From Lama glama (taxonomy: Eukaryota): 64,000 nt of DNA. The translations under genes were made by a program, and so were the position numbers. Positions 51,691-64,000 of the stretch are shown here, in pieces. Where the stretch lies: NCBI GenBank assembly GCA_028534125.1, contig CM052817.1, positions 82,648,001 to 82,712,000 of the forward strand, in the 5' to 3' direction. The notes below the pieces were generated by a model, which worked only from the letters and a program-made list of their open reading frames with translations, did not search any database and was not told the origin of the DNA. The first letter of the stretch is position 1. Each line of letters starts with the position of its first letter.

Positions 51691-54261
51691 TAATGTATTT
51701 TGATTAGAGGAAGTTGGTCTGGCATTAATTGGACCAGGCTACACCAGAAATGCTCTGTTCAGAATGAATCTCCAGGTTGGGTCAAGAAATGAAGAGAGAA
51801 GGATACAGAGATTGGCATGATGTGCATGATGGAAGTATGAACAACATTAGCCCATGATTTTACTAGATGTCATATAATGAAATTGCTTCAACATTCACTA
51901 TTTTGCTTAATCCAATCAGTTTACTAGAAAATTTAAAACCCTTTAAAACATGAAAAGGTGATTGTGTGTTTTGAGCAGAGACACCATATATGAATAATAA
52001 CTGGGAAATACATCCTGACTCTTTAGAAGTCTTAAAGGGAGAGAAATCAGGAGGGGAAAGATGTGTATGGCAATGGGAGAGAATGCAGATCAGATCAAAG
52101 ACTGCAGAAAGAAAAGGGGAGGGGCAGTGAATCTACCTAGGGAAGGCAGAATCCCCACATCGTGAGAGCATTCACGGCCTGCCCCCTTTCACCACATAAC
52201 CTCGTGGTCTTTCATTTTTATCTTGAGTTTCTACAATGTCTAGAATTTTCTCTTCCCATATATTTAAAAAGTATATAAAACTAAAGTGTGAATTCTGAAT
52301 TTCCACTCTTTATTACAAAAGCTTCACCAAACTTTGAGATGTAGTAAAGATGGGCTGTGATGTTTTTAGAGACTTTGTGGTTGTAGAATACTTAAGGAAA
52401 TTAAAGAGAACTCTGTGTTTTCAGAAATGGTTAGATTTGGAACAATATCTTTGGAGAAACAAATCCCTCATAACAATATGTTAAGATGGACCTCCTTTAA
52501 AAATAATAATACAACTATGATTAGTGATGGATGGTCTTGAATCACCTGCTGACTCAAATGACAGAATGAGGTTTTTGAAAGTGGAAACCTTACAAAATGC
52601 TTTTTCTCATGAGGTTTTCAGTAGGCTTTGGGCTTTGGTTTGTGCCTGGCTTGGAATTCCAGTACAAAAGTCTTTCTTGTGGTGGCTTGATTCTGTCTTT
52701 TTTGGATACAGCCAATGCCAGGAAATAGACTGGAAATGAAGAAATGTAGCGTGTTTTGGGTTGGTTGTTTTGTTTTGTTTTGTTGGTTTTGTTTTGTTTC
52801 CCCACTGAAAAGCTTGCATCAAAAAAATGAAGACTGCTGTGTCTCAGAAGAGAGTTTACAAAGGTTCACTGGGTCTCTGTGTTCAAAATGGGTCTATGAT
52901 ACTGAATTTTTAAATTAAAAAAATAAAATACTATTTGTCCAATGACAGATTCATAAACCCATTAATCTTTGGTTGCCAAAACTCTGGAACTTTTCATTAG
53001 ATTAAGCTATGAAGCATTTTGGACCTCTCCAGATTGCTATTCGTATCTTATTGTGTAGATATAGGTTATATGGAAGAGTTAACAGGTTTTCTTATGGATT
53101 CTAATTTAGGGTACCGAGAGAGACTAGGGACACAATACTTCTCAGCATCGGGGAATTCTGGAAAGCCTTCCTACTCGGTACAACTTGCAAACTCTGCTTA
53201 TTCAAAGTGAAAAGAAAATCAAGTTTACTTTCCGTGGTCTGAAGGCCTCCCACTTTTTTCTGGGACCCCGTACACAGGGAACTTGCGGCCTGAAAGTGTC
53301 TGTGGCACTCTCTGGACACCCAAGGAGAGTAAGTCTGCTTAGAAAGTGATATTAAAATTTCAATTACACAGCCATTTTGCAAGCAAGTTCTGAGTTTATG
53401 TCCCCAGGCAACTTCAGAAGAGGTCATAATGTTGCTTTAGGTGTTGGGTTTTGGATAAGGGTATAATTTGAGGTCTCCCTTACTTCTGCTTTTTCAAGAA
53501 AAATAAGGCCAGCTCCTGTTTTTCTAACCACAATCAGTTTCATATTAAATTCTTTCCCGAACTTTCACCTTTTAACAGAGAAGTGCTCTAAAATGGTTTG
53601 AATCATATTCTACATTGGAAAAAGTTGCACTTCTGAAAGTTAATTCCTCTGCAGTTTAAATGTTGTTATTATTTTAGATCACTACAATCTGGTAGACATT
53701 TTCCAGTAGATATGCCATAATAATATTTTATGATATTATATGTTACATTATATTTTATTGTTAACATCTCATTAAAATGATTTTCATTTTAAATTATTAT
53801 TTTATGTAACTTTAAATTCCTTAGTTTTTATTGAGAAAACATGGCATTTTAGCTAATCCATTTGTGCAAATAAACACACATACAAAACTGCAATCTTGTC
53901 AGCAAGTCTTTCCTTCCAAAATTTTGCCTAGACTTCCCAAAATGAACTGCTTAATAAAAGCCCAGATAGGAATACATTCTAAGAAGACATATAAAGCAAA
54001 AATACAAGTAGTTATATAAACAAACCTTCTAATCACTTTCACTTTCATTAGTTGTATATGAAGATACTATTCTCATTTGGCAAAACTGTTTGCAAGCAAA
54101 AGACATTAAAATTTTAAAGGCAAGATACGTGACTCAAAACAAGAGACTTTTTTTTACAGAAAGTTCAAAGGAAGAGGAAGACTGATGTGTGATCAAGAGA
54201 CCACGTAGGATTGAGCAAAGGCTAAAAACCAGGGTATATGCTGACTAACTGTACATGGTTT

Positions 54262-54775
54262 TCTATATTCCACATCTACACCAACATCGGTATTCACCAG
54301 CTTCCTAATATTTGACAACCTCACAGTATAAACTGAAAGTTTTTATTTAAATTTCCATTCTTCACTTTCAGTGGGTTTGAACATCGCTTCATATGCATGT
54401 TAGCCTTGGTGTTTCCTGTGACCAATCAGTTAATACCTTTTGTACCTCTTTTGGAGGGATGCTGCTCTTTGTAAGTTTCCTGAATATTCCAGATGTTAGT
54501 TCATTGTGAGTTTTAGATATTACAGCTGTTCCTCCATTATTTTATCTATGTAACCTTTGGCATGTTCTTCTTCACTGATCATAAATAATTAAGCACGGTA
54601 TCATAAAGTTAATTGTATTTAATACAGTTCATGTTTTTGAAATGTTTAAAAACTCCTTTATTCTCCTAGATCACAAGGGTAAAAGCCCTGACATTTTTCT
54701 CTATAAACTTTCTTGTATTACCTTTCATAATTAAGTCTGTAATCCACTTGGAGTCCTCCACACGTATGGTGATAT
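54262..54775 (-). mobile_element. Old L1 (L1ME-like) ORF2 3' fragment
   Basis: ttccacatctacaccaacatcggtatt; tttgaacatcgcttcatatgcatgttagcc; ttaagtctgtaatccacttggagt. Confidence 0.75.
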
Positions 54776-55039
54776 ATTAAAAAAGAAATATTTTCATTAT
54801 TTTTAATTTGACATAATTTACCATACTTAGTTTAAATACATGATGAAACTAGTTCAATAATACCACTTCAGAGGATAATCTTTTTCTTGTCTTTTATAGT
54901 AGTTCAATGGTGAAAAATATTTTCACTATGAACTCATCTTTCCCTCAGGGTGTTGGGTACTAGCTCTAGTAAGAGTCACGGAGTCAAGGAGAAAGGCCCT
55001 AATCTGCGTCAGGCAGAATGAGATTAAACAGCTCACAGG

Positions 55040-55050
55040 TGCTGAGTCAT
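55040..55050. promoter_or_regulatory. Perfect NF-E2/NRF2/BACH (ARE/MARE) motif with AP-1 core
   Basis: TGCTGAGTCAT in non-repeat sequence. Motif match only; function unknown. Confidence 0.4.
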
Positions 55051-55519
55051 GGGCAGAAAGCCTCTGAATCCCTTAAACCCTGGACTACCCACCTTTGCTG
55101 CCACTGTCCACCAGACAACCCTATTGCTCAGGGGTCTAATTCAAATCTTCAGGGAGAAACAATAGGATATTTAAAACAGAAGTAGAGGAGGAAACACATA
55201 TGGCTCATCATGTTGTCTGTTTTCATCAACTCTCCCTTGCAGGGTCTGCTTTTCTGCTCTCATGGTGACGCTGGCCCAGTAGGTGTGAACACTGGCCTAC
55301 AGACCTGGGAAGGATCACTGATTTCTACGTGTAAGAGATAGGTGATAACTGTCCCAGAGCAGCCCAGCAGACAGGCAGGGCAACACAGAAGGCTTTCCTT
55401 CTATTCCTTCTACTCATTCTCTTCCTGCTGCCTCCAAATCCCCTCTGCCCCAGTTTGTAGCCATCCACCCCTGAAGAAAGACCACTCCCCAGGTGCTTCT
55501 CAACACCATGAACTACAAT

Positions 55520-55690
55520 GCCTGAAATTTATATGGTGCTCTGAATTCTACAGAGCACTTTATTTCTTATATTAACTCATCGAATTTTTACTACAATCCT
55601 GTGAAGTAGTTATCGCAGACATTACTCCTAGCTTTACCAATAGACACAGAAGCTTGAAAATGTTAAAATACACACACAAGTTCATATATA
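55520..55690 (-). mobile_element. MIR SINE
   Basis: aatttatatggtgctctgaattctacagagcacttt..actcatcgaatttttactacaatcctgtgaagtag..ctttaccaatagacacaga. Confidence 0.75.
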
Positions 55691-55934
55691 CACATAAAAG
55701 TTAGGCCATTTGATTTTGCGATTGTACTACTATTATTATTATTATATTAATGACTTTATCAGTTACTACTTTTCTAGATAGTAATTGCTTTATAATTAAA
55801 GTATTATAGAAGCATACATAGGAATACACCCAGTATGCTAACCTGTAAATTCTCTGAATATATTCGTTCTAATGGTTATATCGGAAAGAACTGCTCGACG
55901 TGCACAAGTGGATGAGACAGTAGAGGATGAACAA

Positions 55935-56432
55935 GAAAGTATGTCTTACCATGGTGATCATTTTGAAATGTACAGAAATATCAAATTGCTATGTCGTATA
56001 ATAGAAACTAACAGTGTTATAGGTTAATTATATTTCAAAAACAAGCAAACTCATAAAAAAAGAGATCAGATTTGTGGCTACCAGTGGTGTGGGTGAGGGG
56101 AGGAGAAACTGGATGAAGACAGTCAAAAGGTATGAAATTCCAGTTATAAGATAAGTAATATGTACACAATATACAGCATGATTACTATCATTAACACGGA
56201 TGCACGCTGTATATGAAAGTGGTTTAGAGAGTACATTTTAGGGTTTCTCATCACAAGGAAAAACTTTTTTCTATTTCTTTAATTTTGTATCTGTATCAGA
56301 TAATGAGTATTCACTAAAGTTACTGTGGTAATCATTTCATGTTATATGAAAGTCAAGTCATTATACTGCACACTTTAAACCTACACAGTGCTGTGTGTCA
56401 ACTGTATATCAATAAAACTGAGAGAAAAAAAA
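55935..56432 (+). mobile_element. Cetartiodactyl-type L1 3' UTR (L1_Art/L1MA9-derived)
   Basis: gagatcagatttgtggctaccag; cagtcaaaaggtatgaaattccagttataagataa; ctcatcacaaggaaaaac; ends tcaactgtatatcaataaaactgagagaaaaaaaa. Confidence 0.88.
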
Positions 56433-59113
56433 GACAGTGGTAGAGCTTGATGTTTTATGCAACATTCATCATATTCACATAATCATTTATTAGTCCACCC
56501 TCCATACCCAGCCCTTGCAACCTTACCATAAATTTTGAGCAAAGATACTCTGTACTGAATAATACATGTATTTCCATATATTGACATGTTTTACTACATT
56601 TCAATGACTGCTGTGTTAGAATTTTGTCTGAAAGGTCACTGTCATTTTAATATGTAAGATGAAACAAAAATTTTATGTACAAATTTAACAGCTTAACTAT
56701 ATCTGATACCATTATAAAGAACAATTTATATATATTTTGAGTAAGTTTTCATAAAGTTCTATGTACTTTTATTTTCTCCTATCAATTTCTTTCCTCCCTC
56801 CCACTTGCTTTCTTTTTTGTTTCTTTTTTCCCTTCTTCTATCTAGCTACATATCCACTGATCTATCTTCCTATCTACCACTTACATGCTTCATACATAAA
56901 TGATTTTTACCATCTATGACTGAAAGCCTATGATTGCATTTAGTCCAAGCCAAATAACATCTGTGTGTGAAAAAAATTAATGTTTTTTGGCATTGTTTTT
57001 GATTACTACAGATTAATTCGTAAGACAGAGCTAACTTTCCATGCTTAATTTTAAAATAAATTTATTATAGTACTAGTATTTAAGACATGTCTATTTAAAA
57101 CTATGTATTCAGACTTGTCATAATGTTGACAAAGATAATTCTTTCATGCTGAAATTGTCCATGCTTGGACTCAATTCAGTGTATTACCAAAAATGAAGAC
57201 ATTTGGATTTCATCTGTTTTTATGTTATCAGTGCACAAACATAGGTATAACAACACTTAAGAAGTTTTCATTAATCTCAGCTTGATTAACTGCTCTGTTT
57301 TAACATATATTTGCACACTGGCTGGTGGAAATGCCCTTGTAAGCCTTTAGTAATACTCTGCAGCTTTTCAGATACCAACATTGGTGCACTGACTTGAGCT
57401 ACATTTGCTAAGAGGACTGGTTTCTGCTAACTAGTTCTTCAGATTTGACTTTGAGATATAATTACACCTTGATGCATCTGTAAGTTTGTAATGTCAGGAC
57501 TGTCTTCTGAAACAAATTTATGTATATTTTCCTGAAAAATAATCCATATATTGATGGCAAAAATAAGAATATGGACTCATACATTTTAATTAAGACTTCT
57601 AAAATGAGAAGTTTCCTAATTTTCTTCCATTTACTTGCTCAACGAATACAGAATCATCTATTAAAATTAAAACTTTGTTTCATGAGTTCTGTCTAGATTA
57701 GAGTCTCAACTTCAGTTAGCATGACAGTCAATTAGGTTAATTCAGATATGCGTGTTGATCACCTTAGGGCTGCTTCTACCTCAGTAAGTTGTTCAAGAGT
57801 GTGACTGCCATTAGCTGTTGTTTGGGTAACCACTGAACAGAAGCAGCATTTAGTCTCCTCTAAGGAAGAAGTCCACTGGAACTTAAAGCAAGCAAGGAGA
57901 CCTTGCTGACACTTTGCACTTAAACCTGCCCTCAGCTTCTGTCCAGTACAATTTAGGCCTCGTCACGTCGAGTATAAAAAAAATCCTCTCCAACCCTAAT
58001 GTTAGGAATCACTGAGCATGCTCAGACTCAGGGTTTCTTGTATTTGTTTCCTTATCTTATATATCTAGTAGGTTCCTAGAAACAATATTAGTAAGAAAGA
58101 GCAGTATCTAAATATTTCTTAAAACATGGTAGTTTTTCCAGCCAGTTAGGAAAAATCATCTCTTTGATTTCTGATGTTCTGAGTTGGAAGAAATACTAAC
58201 TTATGTAACAAAAATTTTTAGATTATCACAAGACATGTTCAAATAATTCTGCATTTTACTTTACAGAGGTAGATACAGACAAATATTTGTTTCATTAGAA
58301 TACTGCTGTTGCAAATTCAAGTCTTGTCATAGGGATATAGGAATAATTAATTGAGTTAAAAACTACTTGAATGACTCATGGAATTATTATTCACCTGAAA
58401 TGTGTCTTTATTTCTTAAATATTTTTGTATGTTTAAAATAGGACTTTTTTCAGAAACTTTGATTTAAAGATATAAACTATTTTGGAAACATCACAATATT
58501 AAAAGTATATAGAAGTTCTACTATTTAAATCTAAGACAAACCTTTATTTCAGGAGTAAAATTATCCTAAGGACCCTAAAAATGTCAATTGGACACCTTTC
58601 GGATTATGGCTTCCATAAAATCTAATTACCTTTTTTATTGAGAGGGAATATATATCACACAGCCTTCTGCCATTATCAGTGACAGCATGCCAGGTTTTCA
58701 TAGTTTATCACTGTCATAATGTCCCCAAGATCTATGTGAAATAACGTATAGTAAAGAATTGTCTAAGTAGGTTTTAATTCCTAATTTTTAATCCTTCCAT
58801 GTAAACTCCTGCGCACATATCTATGTCTGTATGTCTGCCTTTAACTGTTGTGTCAAGAAATGTATTGGTGACTATTTTAAAGTCAGAAGAAAGTTGTCAA
58901 GTAGACAATAAGTTGATGTCATGATACAGCAAGCATACATTTATAATTATTTTTCATTTAATATCTATAGAGAGGAAGCAGGGTTTAAGAATTTGGTAAA
59001 CACAAGGAAACACACTTGTGTACCTTGATCCTTCTGATCATTATTCTTATTTTGTAATCTTCAACAAATTCAATACATGATACTTTTTAAAAGTTCCTGT
59101 TCAAAGCATTAGC

Positions 59114-59132
59114 TGTGTGTGTGTGTGTGTGT
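59114..59132. repeat. (TG)9 microsatellite
   Basis: Seen directly. Confidence 0.9.
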
Positions 59133-60149
59133 AGAAATGTAAATATAACTACAGCAAATTTTAAAAGTCATGGGCATAGCAAAATCATTCAAGTGAAAAT
59201 GTTCACTCTTAGAACTTAACACTGAAACAAAAGTACAGTTTCTTTTAATAGTGATGGTAAACTTGAAGCTATTTGGTAACAGCGATCCTTAGAAAAGCTC
59301 ACAGGAGGACTTTACTCAATCAGATTTGGATTCAGAGGTCTTGGTGGTTCAGGTTTCGGTTGGAAGAGATTCCCCACAGATGAAGAAACATAAAATAAAA
59401 GTAATCCTTCACTGATTTTCACTCACTAGGCAACCGCTTCCTAAATCTTAATGCAATACCGTTTGCTATACCTCATTCTTTCCAGGTTACTTTTGTACAT
59501 GTTATGTATCAACTCTACTTTAATAATACTACCCTTACATATATTTAAGGGCCAAAGAATAAATGAGCATTGATAGTTTCTTTGGTATATGAGTGCCAAG
59601 AATCACCACTCCTGAGTAGGTAAGATGTGGAAAATCAAAATACACCTTTAGTGATACATTTAATTTGATTCTACTCATATTGAACATTCATATCTGGCCA
59701 GAGTGATGAAATTCAAAAGGGGAACCAAAGTTTTTTTTTCTCTAAAATGTTATAATATCCTGTGTGTACAACTGTGTATTTTTCTAATGTGATAAAATTG
59801 TGATATATATTCTCCAAGCTTTTTCTAAGATAATACATGCACTATATTTTCTGTACTACTTCCATCATTTTATGTGTAGCTTCCTTTTTTTTATTTTAGA
59901 AGAGTATTATTCCATATCTCTACTGGAAATATGACAATGGTGCTGATTTGAGAAGGGGCATATTAAATCTTGCTGGGGGGCAGCTGGGACCTGTGAAAGC
60001 TCTTTGGAGGAAATGAAGTTCACTGTTCAAAAGTTGGCTGATTTAAATAGTGATGGTTTTTAGGTTTACATTAGAGAATTTAAACCTCCAGCTACTCTCT
60101 CATGATTTTTTGTTGTTGATGATTTTTTTTTAAAGAAACAACAAACTAG

Positions 60150-60410
60150 TTGATGCTAGCCAAGTTTTTAGCTCATATGGTGTTTTAAAATATTTAGATT
60201 AATCTAATGTTAAAAAATCAGAATATTTCACTTAAAAAGCAGCATTTCTGACTTCTTTTAAAAATCACAGCATGTGGCAAAACGAAACCCTCATTTCTCC
60301 CTAGCAACAGTTGACTGAGCACATCCGTTCCTATGAGCCCACCTGGTCCACACCACTCATTTCACTTGCCTGCCTGAGGAAGACAGTCGTGTGGGGTTTT
60401 ATCTCTGCCT
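60150..60410. mobile_element. MER102-like hAT-Charlie MITE
   Basis: atttcacttaaaaagcagcatttctgacttctttaaaaatcacagcatgtggcaaaac..ctagcaacagttgactgagc..catttcacttgcctgcctg. Confidence 0.75.
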
Positions 60411-63098
60411 GAGAAACATAGGAAGAAATGTTTACCCCCCATTTTATATGAAGAATGGTATCATCTCATAGAAAGAGGGAAATGTTTCCCAGAAAGACAA
60501 ACAAAAGGTGAAAATAGTCTTATCCATTCAAATTGGCAAAACAGAGTTAATCCACTTATTTATAATTTTTAAAATTTTAACCTAGGATTTGCATAATAAC
60601 ATGATCCTAAATAGTTTAATGGAGGTGGGTAGAGTCTCTTTGAAAACTGTAGAAAACCTGGTTAAAGAGTATATAAACAGACAGTTAATAAATATACATG
60701 CAGATTCTATTAGAACCAAGTATGGTTTATTCACTGGAGAATTTAATATGATTGATCTACGTTTACATTCCTATGATGGAAGCAGGAAGCAAACCCAATT
60801 ATTTTCAGCTACCAGTACAATTTTGTTATATGTAAGGTGCAAACCAAATCTAAATGAGGCAGAAGATTTCCAAAACACTAGGAGTTAATTCTACATTAAT
60901 CACCATGGTGTGGAGGACACTGTCCAATCTATAGATCAACCATTTTGGATCATTTTATGCTTCTATTAAACATGGACACTTAGTTTTTCTTCTAAATTCC
61001 ACTCCCCCAATCTTCAAAAGGTTATTGTTGTTGTCATTTGTTTTTAGTGCATCTTCCTGACAAAACTACCTTCCAGTAATGATGCACTGGACTTCCTTCT
61101 GTTTTCTGCACTAACCAAGGTTTGATTCCCATCACCAAATGAGCAGTTTATGCCTGCACCCAGGATCTACTTAAATAATTTGTCTATTTTTTTAATGCAT
61201 TTATTCCCAAGAACACGACTATTTTAAAATGTAATTTTCAATATATATTAGTGTTCTCATAATTTCCAAAAATGTGTCTAATTTGCCATTTAAGATACGT
61301 GAATTATCAGGAGATATGTGAATTATCAAGATACTACGCATGTTCAAAGAAACTCAAAGTCCTAGGCCATGTACTTCTGATATTTTTCTATTAAGAAAAA
61401 GTGTCTGAATTAATTTAAATTTGGATTCATGCAACAAATGTTTGCTTCAAAGTTACTTTTTTTTTACTTTTTCTTTAGTAAATTCATATTTAAGTTTAAA
61501 TGTTTCCACAAACAAAATATTCTGAAAAGGATCTAGAGTAGCATTTCCTCAAATACGTTCTTTGCAAAATATTTCTGAAAAACATCAATTTGTGTTTCAC
61601 AAATAGACAATTTCTGTCCAAAAAGTAAAGTTTTGCCAACTAGTTTTTATCCTAAGTACAAAATGGTAAAGTAGACATTGTCATTTTCTCAGTTCTTTAA
61701 TTCTAATGAAATGAAACTTCTATCACATGTATAGGTATTAATTTGAATTTCTTTCCTAGGCCCCCTAAGTCCACCTGAACACACTGCTTGCTGAATGAAC
61801 TCGACTCATTATATTTTGGATATAAATCAAATGTATTCATTCAGCCTAAAGAGTGAGGGGATTCAATAAAAGAGAATATTTGATTAAAATAAAATGCTAG
61901 ACCACCTCCATAATGCTTTCTATTACAGTCTAAATCTAGAAATGTACCCCATAATTGAGTATTCCTATGTGGTGGAATTATCTTCTCACTTTCTGAAGTT
62001 ACAGCATTATATCACTTGTGTATTAAGCCACAAAAAGAGTACACGTGGGTATTGAAACATGATGCATAACGTATATGGTTTCTTTAAAAGGTGATGTATT
62101 AAATATATTTTGGGAAAAAATAAAGGAGTGTACAATCTGGGTTTTCTTATTAGGATTAAGGAGAAATAATGTATGTTTTCAACCTTTATTACACTTTGCA
62201 GTTTTTATTTCCTCCATTATTCCATGATTCCAGATAGGTATCTAAACATAAGGAAGGCAGACTGTTTTCACAGCTGCTCGTGCAAAGTCATACCTATGCA
62301 CTGTAGACCACACAGGGGGAGTACAATTGTTCAACTGTTAAAGCAATACTGAAGATGATTTAGTCAAAGTTATTTAACTTCCCTGCTCAATGACAATCTC
62401 TGTGTGCATATACTCATCAGTATAAGAACGTATCAGTAAGGAGATTTATCTTGGAGAATTGTGTTTCAGAATAATACGGAAAAGAGGAAGAGTGCATAGT
62501 AACATTATAAGATGATTCAAGTCCCATGAAATAGAAAGTAAATGTGAATGATCATGTCAACTGTGCCTAAGAACATGCACATGACATCTCAAACACACGC
62601 TTAAGGGTAAGACAGAAATAAGTACAAGTAGAAGCCATAGTGTCATCACGGAGACTAAATTCTGCTTGCCAGTTATTTCTCAGTATATTCAAATGAATTA
62701 CAGCATCTCTTTGTTTATTATTCAGCTCAGACTGTCACATCCATTAGATAAATACACACACACACACCCATAACCGAACTCCATCATCAATAGAGAAAAG
62801 TGAAATAGAAAGAAAACAACAACATAAATACTGAATCTAATACACAAATACATCTAAAAAGTGACACTTGTAAAGTTAACAAACATCCCTGTGATCAAAT
62901 GAATCCCCAACTTGTCTGCAGCCTTCGAACCAATATCCTATCTTCAAGGAAAGGACAGAAAAACTCTCAGGCACTTAAAAATGTAATGTGCCATGTCTAC
63001 CCTTCTTTTAACATTTTAAGTTAAGAACATGAAGATGTGCATTTCATATATCAACATGTTGTTTGCCTTCTTGAAGGCTATCTTCAAGATGGCTTTTC

Positions 63099-63203
63099 AA
63101 TATGGAAACAAATGTATGTATATACGCATGACTGGGACATTGTGCTGTATACCAGAAATTGACACATTGTAACTGACTATACTTCAATTAAAAAAAAAAA
63201 AAA
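63099..63203 (+). mobile_element. Young camelid-type L1 3' tail, 5'-truncated
   Basis: gcatgactgggacattgtgctgtataccagaaattgacacattgtaactgactatacttcaatt-A14. Confidence 0.92.
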
Positions 63204-63708
63204 GGACTGCTTTTGAAAAAAGAAGAATCAATTATTTAGTGGCTATTGAGTCATAAACATAAAAAGTAACACTTTCATTTCTATTTCACTATGTTACTGA
63301 GTCTTCAGACTGGTTTACAAGTTTATTTAATTCCACAGAGACATGAGGCCAAACCATTAAAAAATTTAGTTTCAGTATTAATGCCAGATAGCTTCAATAG
63401 CTTCCAATAATCCCAAAGGAAATGTACAGCCAGACTCAGTTGCTTTTTTATTAAGTGGCATATCAAATCTCCTAGATCCCAGCCAACTACAACAAAGTTT
63501 TTTCTAAAATCAACTTCCTTGTATGGATATATCTCTCTGCACCTATAATTTTTAATCTACAAAGTTTAAGATGCCTGATGATACTTATTTTTAATAAAAG
63601 TAACTGTTATTTGTTGCATTTTTACCCTTCTTTAAAGCCTTTTAAACGTACTAACAAATTTAATTTGCAAGACTACACTATGAAATATGTAAAATTAAAA
63701 ATAATTAA

Positions 63709-64000
63709 AGAGTACAGATCTTCTGTCTGCTTAGGCAGGTTTATTCCTAGGTATTTCGTTCTTTTTTGATGTGATAGTAAATGGAATTGTTTCCTTAATT
63801 TCTTTTTCTGATACTTCGTTGTTAGTGTAAAGAAATGCAACAGACTTCTGTATTGTAATATAGTACCAATATCAAAAAAATTAACAACCCAATCAAAAAA
63901 CGGGCAGAAGATCTAAATAGGCCTTTCTCCAAAGAAGAGATACAGATGGCCAATAAGCACATGAAAAGATGTTCAATATTGCTAATTATTAGAGAAATGC
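63709..64000. mobile_element. Relatively young L1 with a 5' inversion (minus-strand ORF2 63709-63859, plus-strand ORF2 ~63866 to the window end)
   Basis: The minus piece reads [45 protein letters not shown]; the plus piece reads [39 protein letters not shown]. Confidence 0.92.

Noticed and set aside
61293..61330. 19-bp tandem duplication; similar small ones near 2589-2622 and 35057-35088
   Set aside because: Ordinary slippage duplications with no further structure.
62300..62325. CTCF-like ccacacagggggagta
   Set aside because: Several mismatches in the CCASYAG core.
374..63769. ORF-track entries of 60-128 aa as genes
   Set aside because: Many start at non-ATG codons, lie in or antisense to decayed repeats, or are low-complexity chance frames. 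None gave a recognisable host protein.

Overview
AT-rich (roughly 35% GC by eye), CpG-depleted eutherian genomic DNA, either intronic or intergenic. It is most likely from a camelid (alpaca, llama or camel), inferred from four young L1 3' tails; three read like ...ACACCAGAAATTGACACATTGTAACTGACTATACTTCAATT-polyA, which I recall as camelid-type. I recognise no protein-coding gene, RNA gene or CRISPR array, and the longer ORFs I examined lie in degenerate repeats or are low-complexity chance frames. Much of the window is transposon fossils: L1 of several ages, L2, L3/CR1, MIR, MaLR/ERVL LTRs and hAT DNA transposons. The largest structure is a nested stack at 25.4-33.1 kb, where a deleted ERV-L provirus (MLT2 LTR-gag-pro-RT, 5-bp target-site duplication) sits inside an old L1. 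The leads most worth checking are a head-to-head chimeric retro-insertion (1.74-1.93 kb), a possible L1 3' transduction (27.4-27.7 kb), a twin-primed inverted L1 at the window end, several minus-strand exon-like segments, and two promoter-like CpG clusters (47.2 kb and 58.0 kb). Repeat family names come from recalled consensus sequences, not a database search, and the boundaries of old repeats are approximate. I found no well-supported novel biological system.
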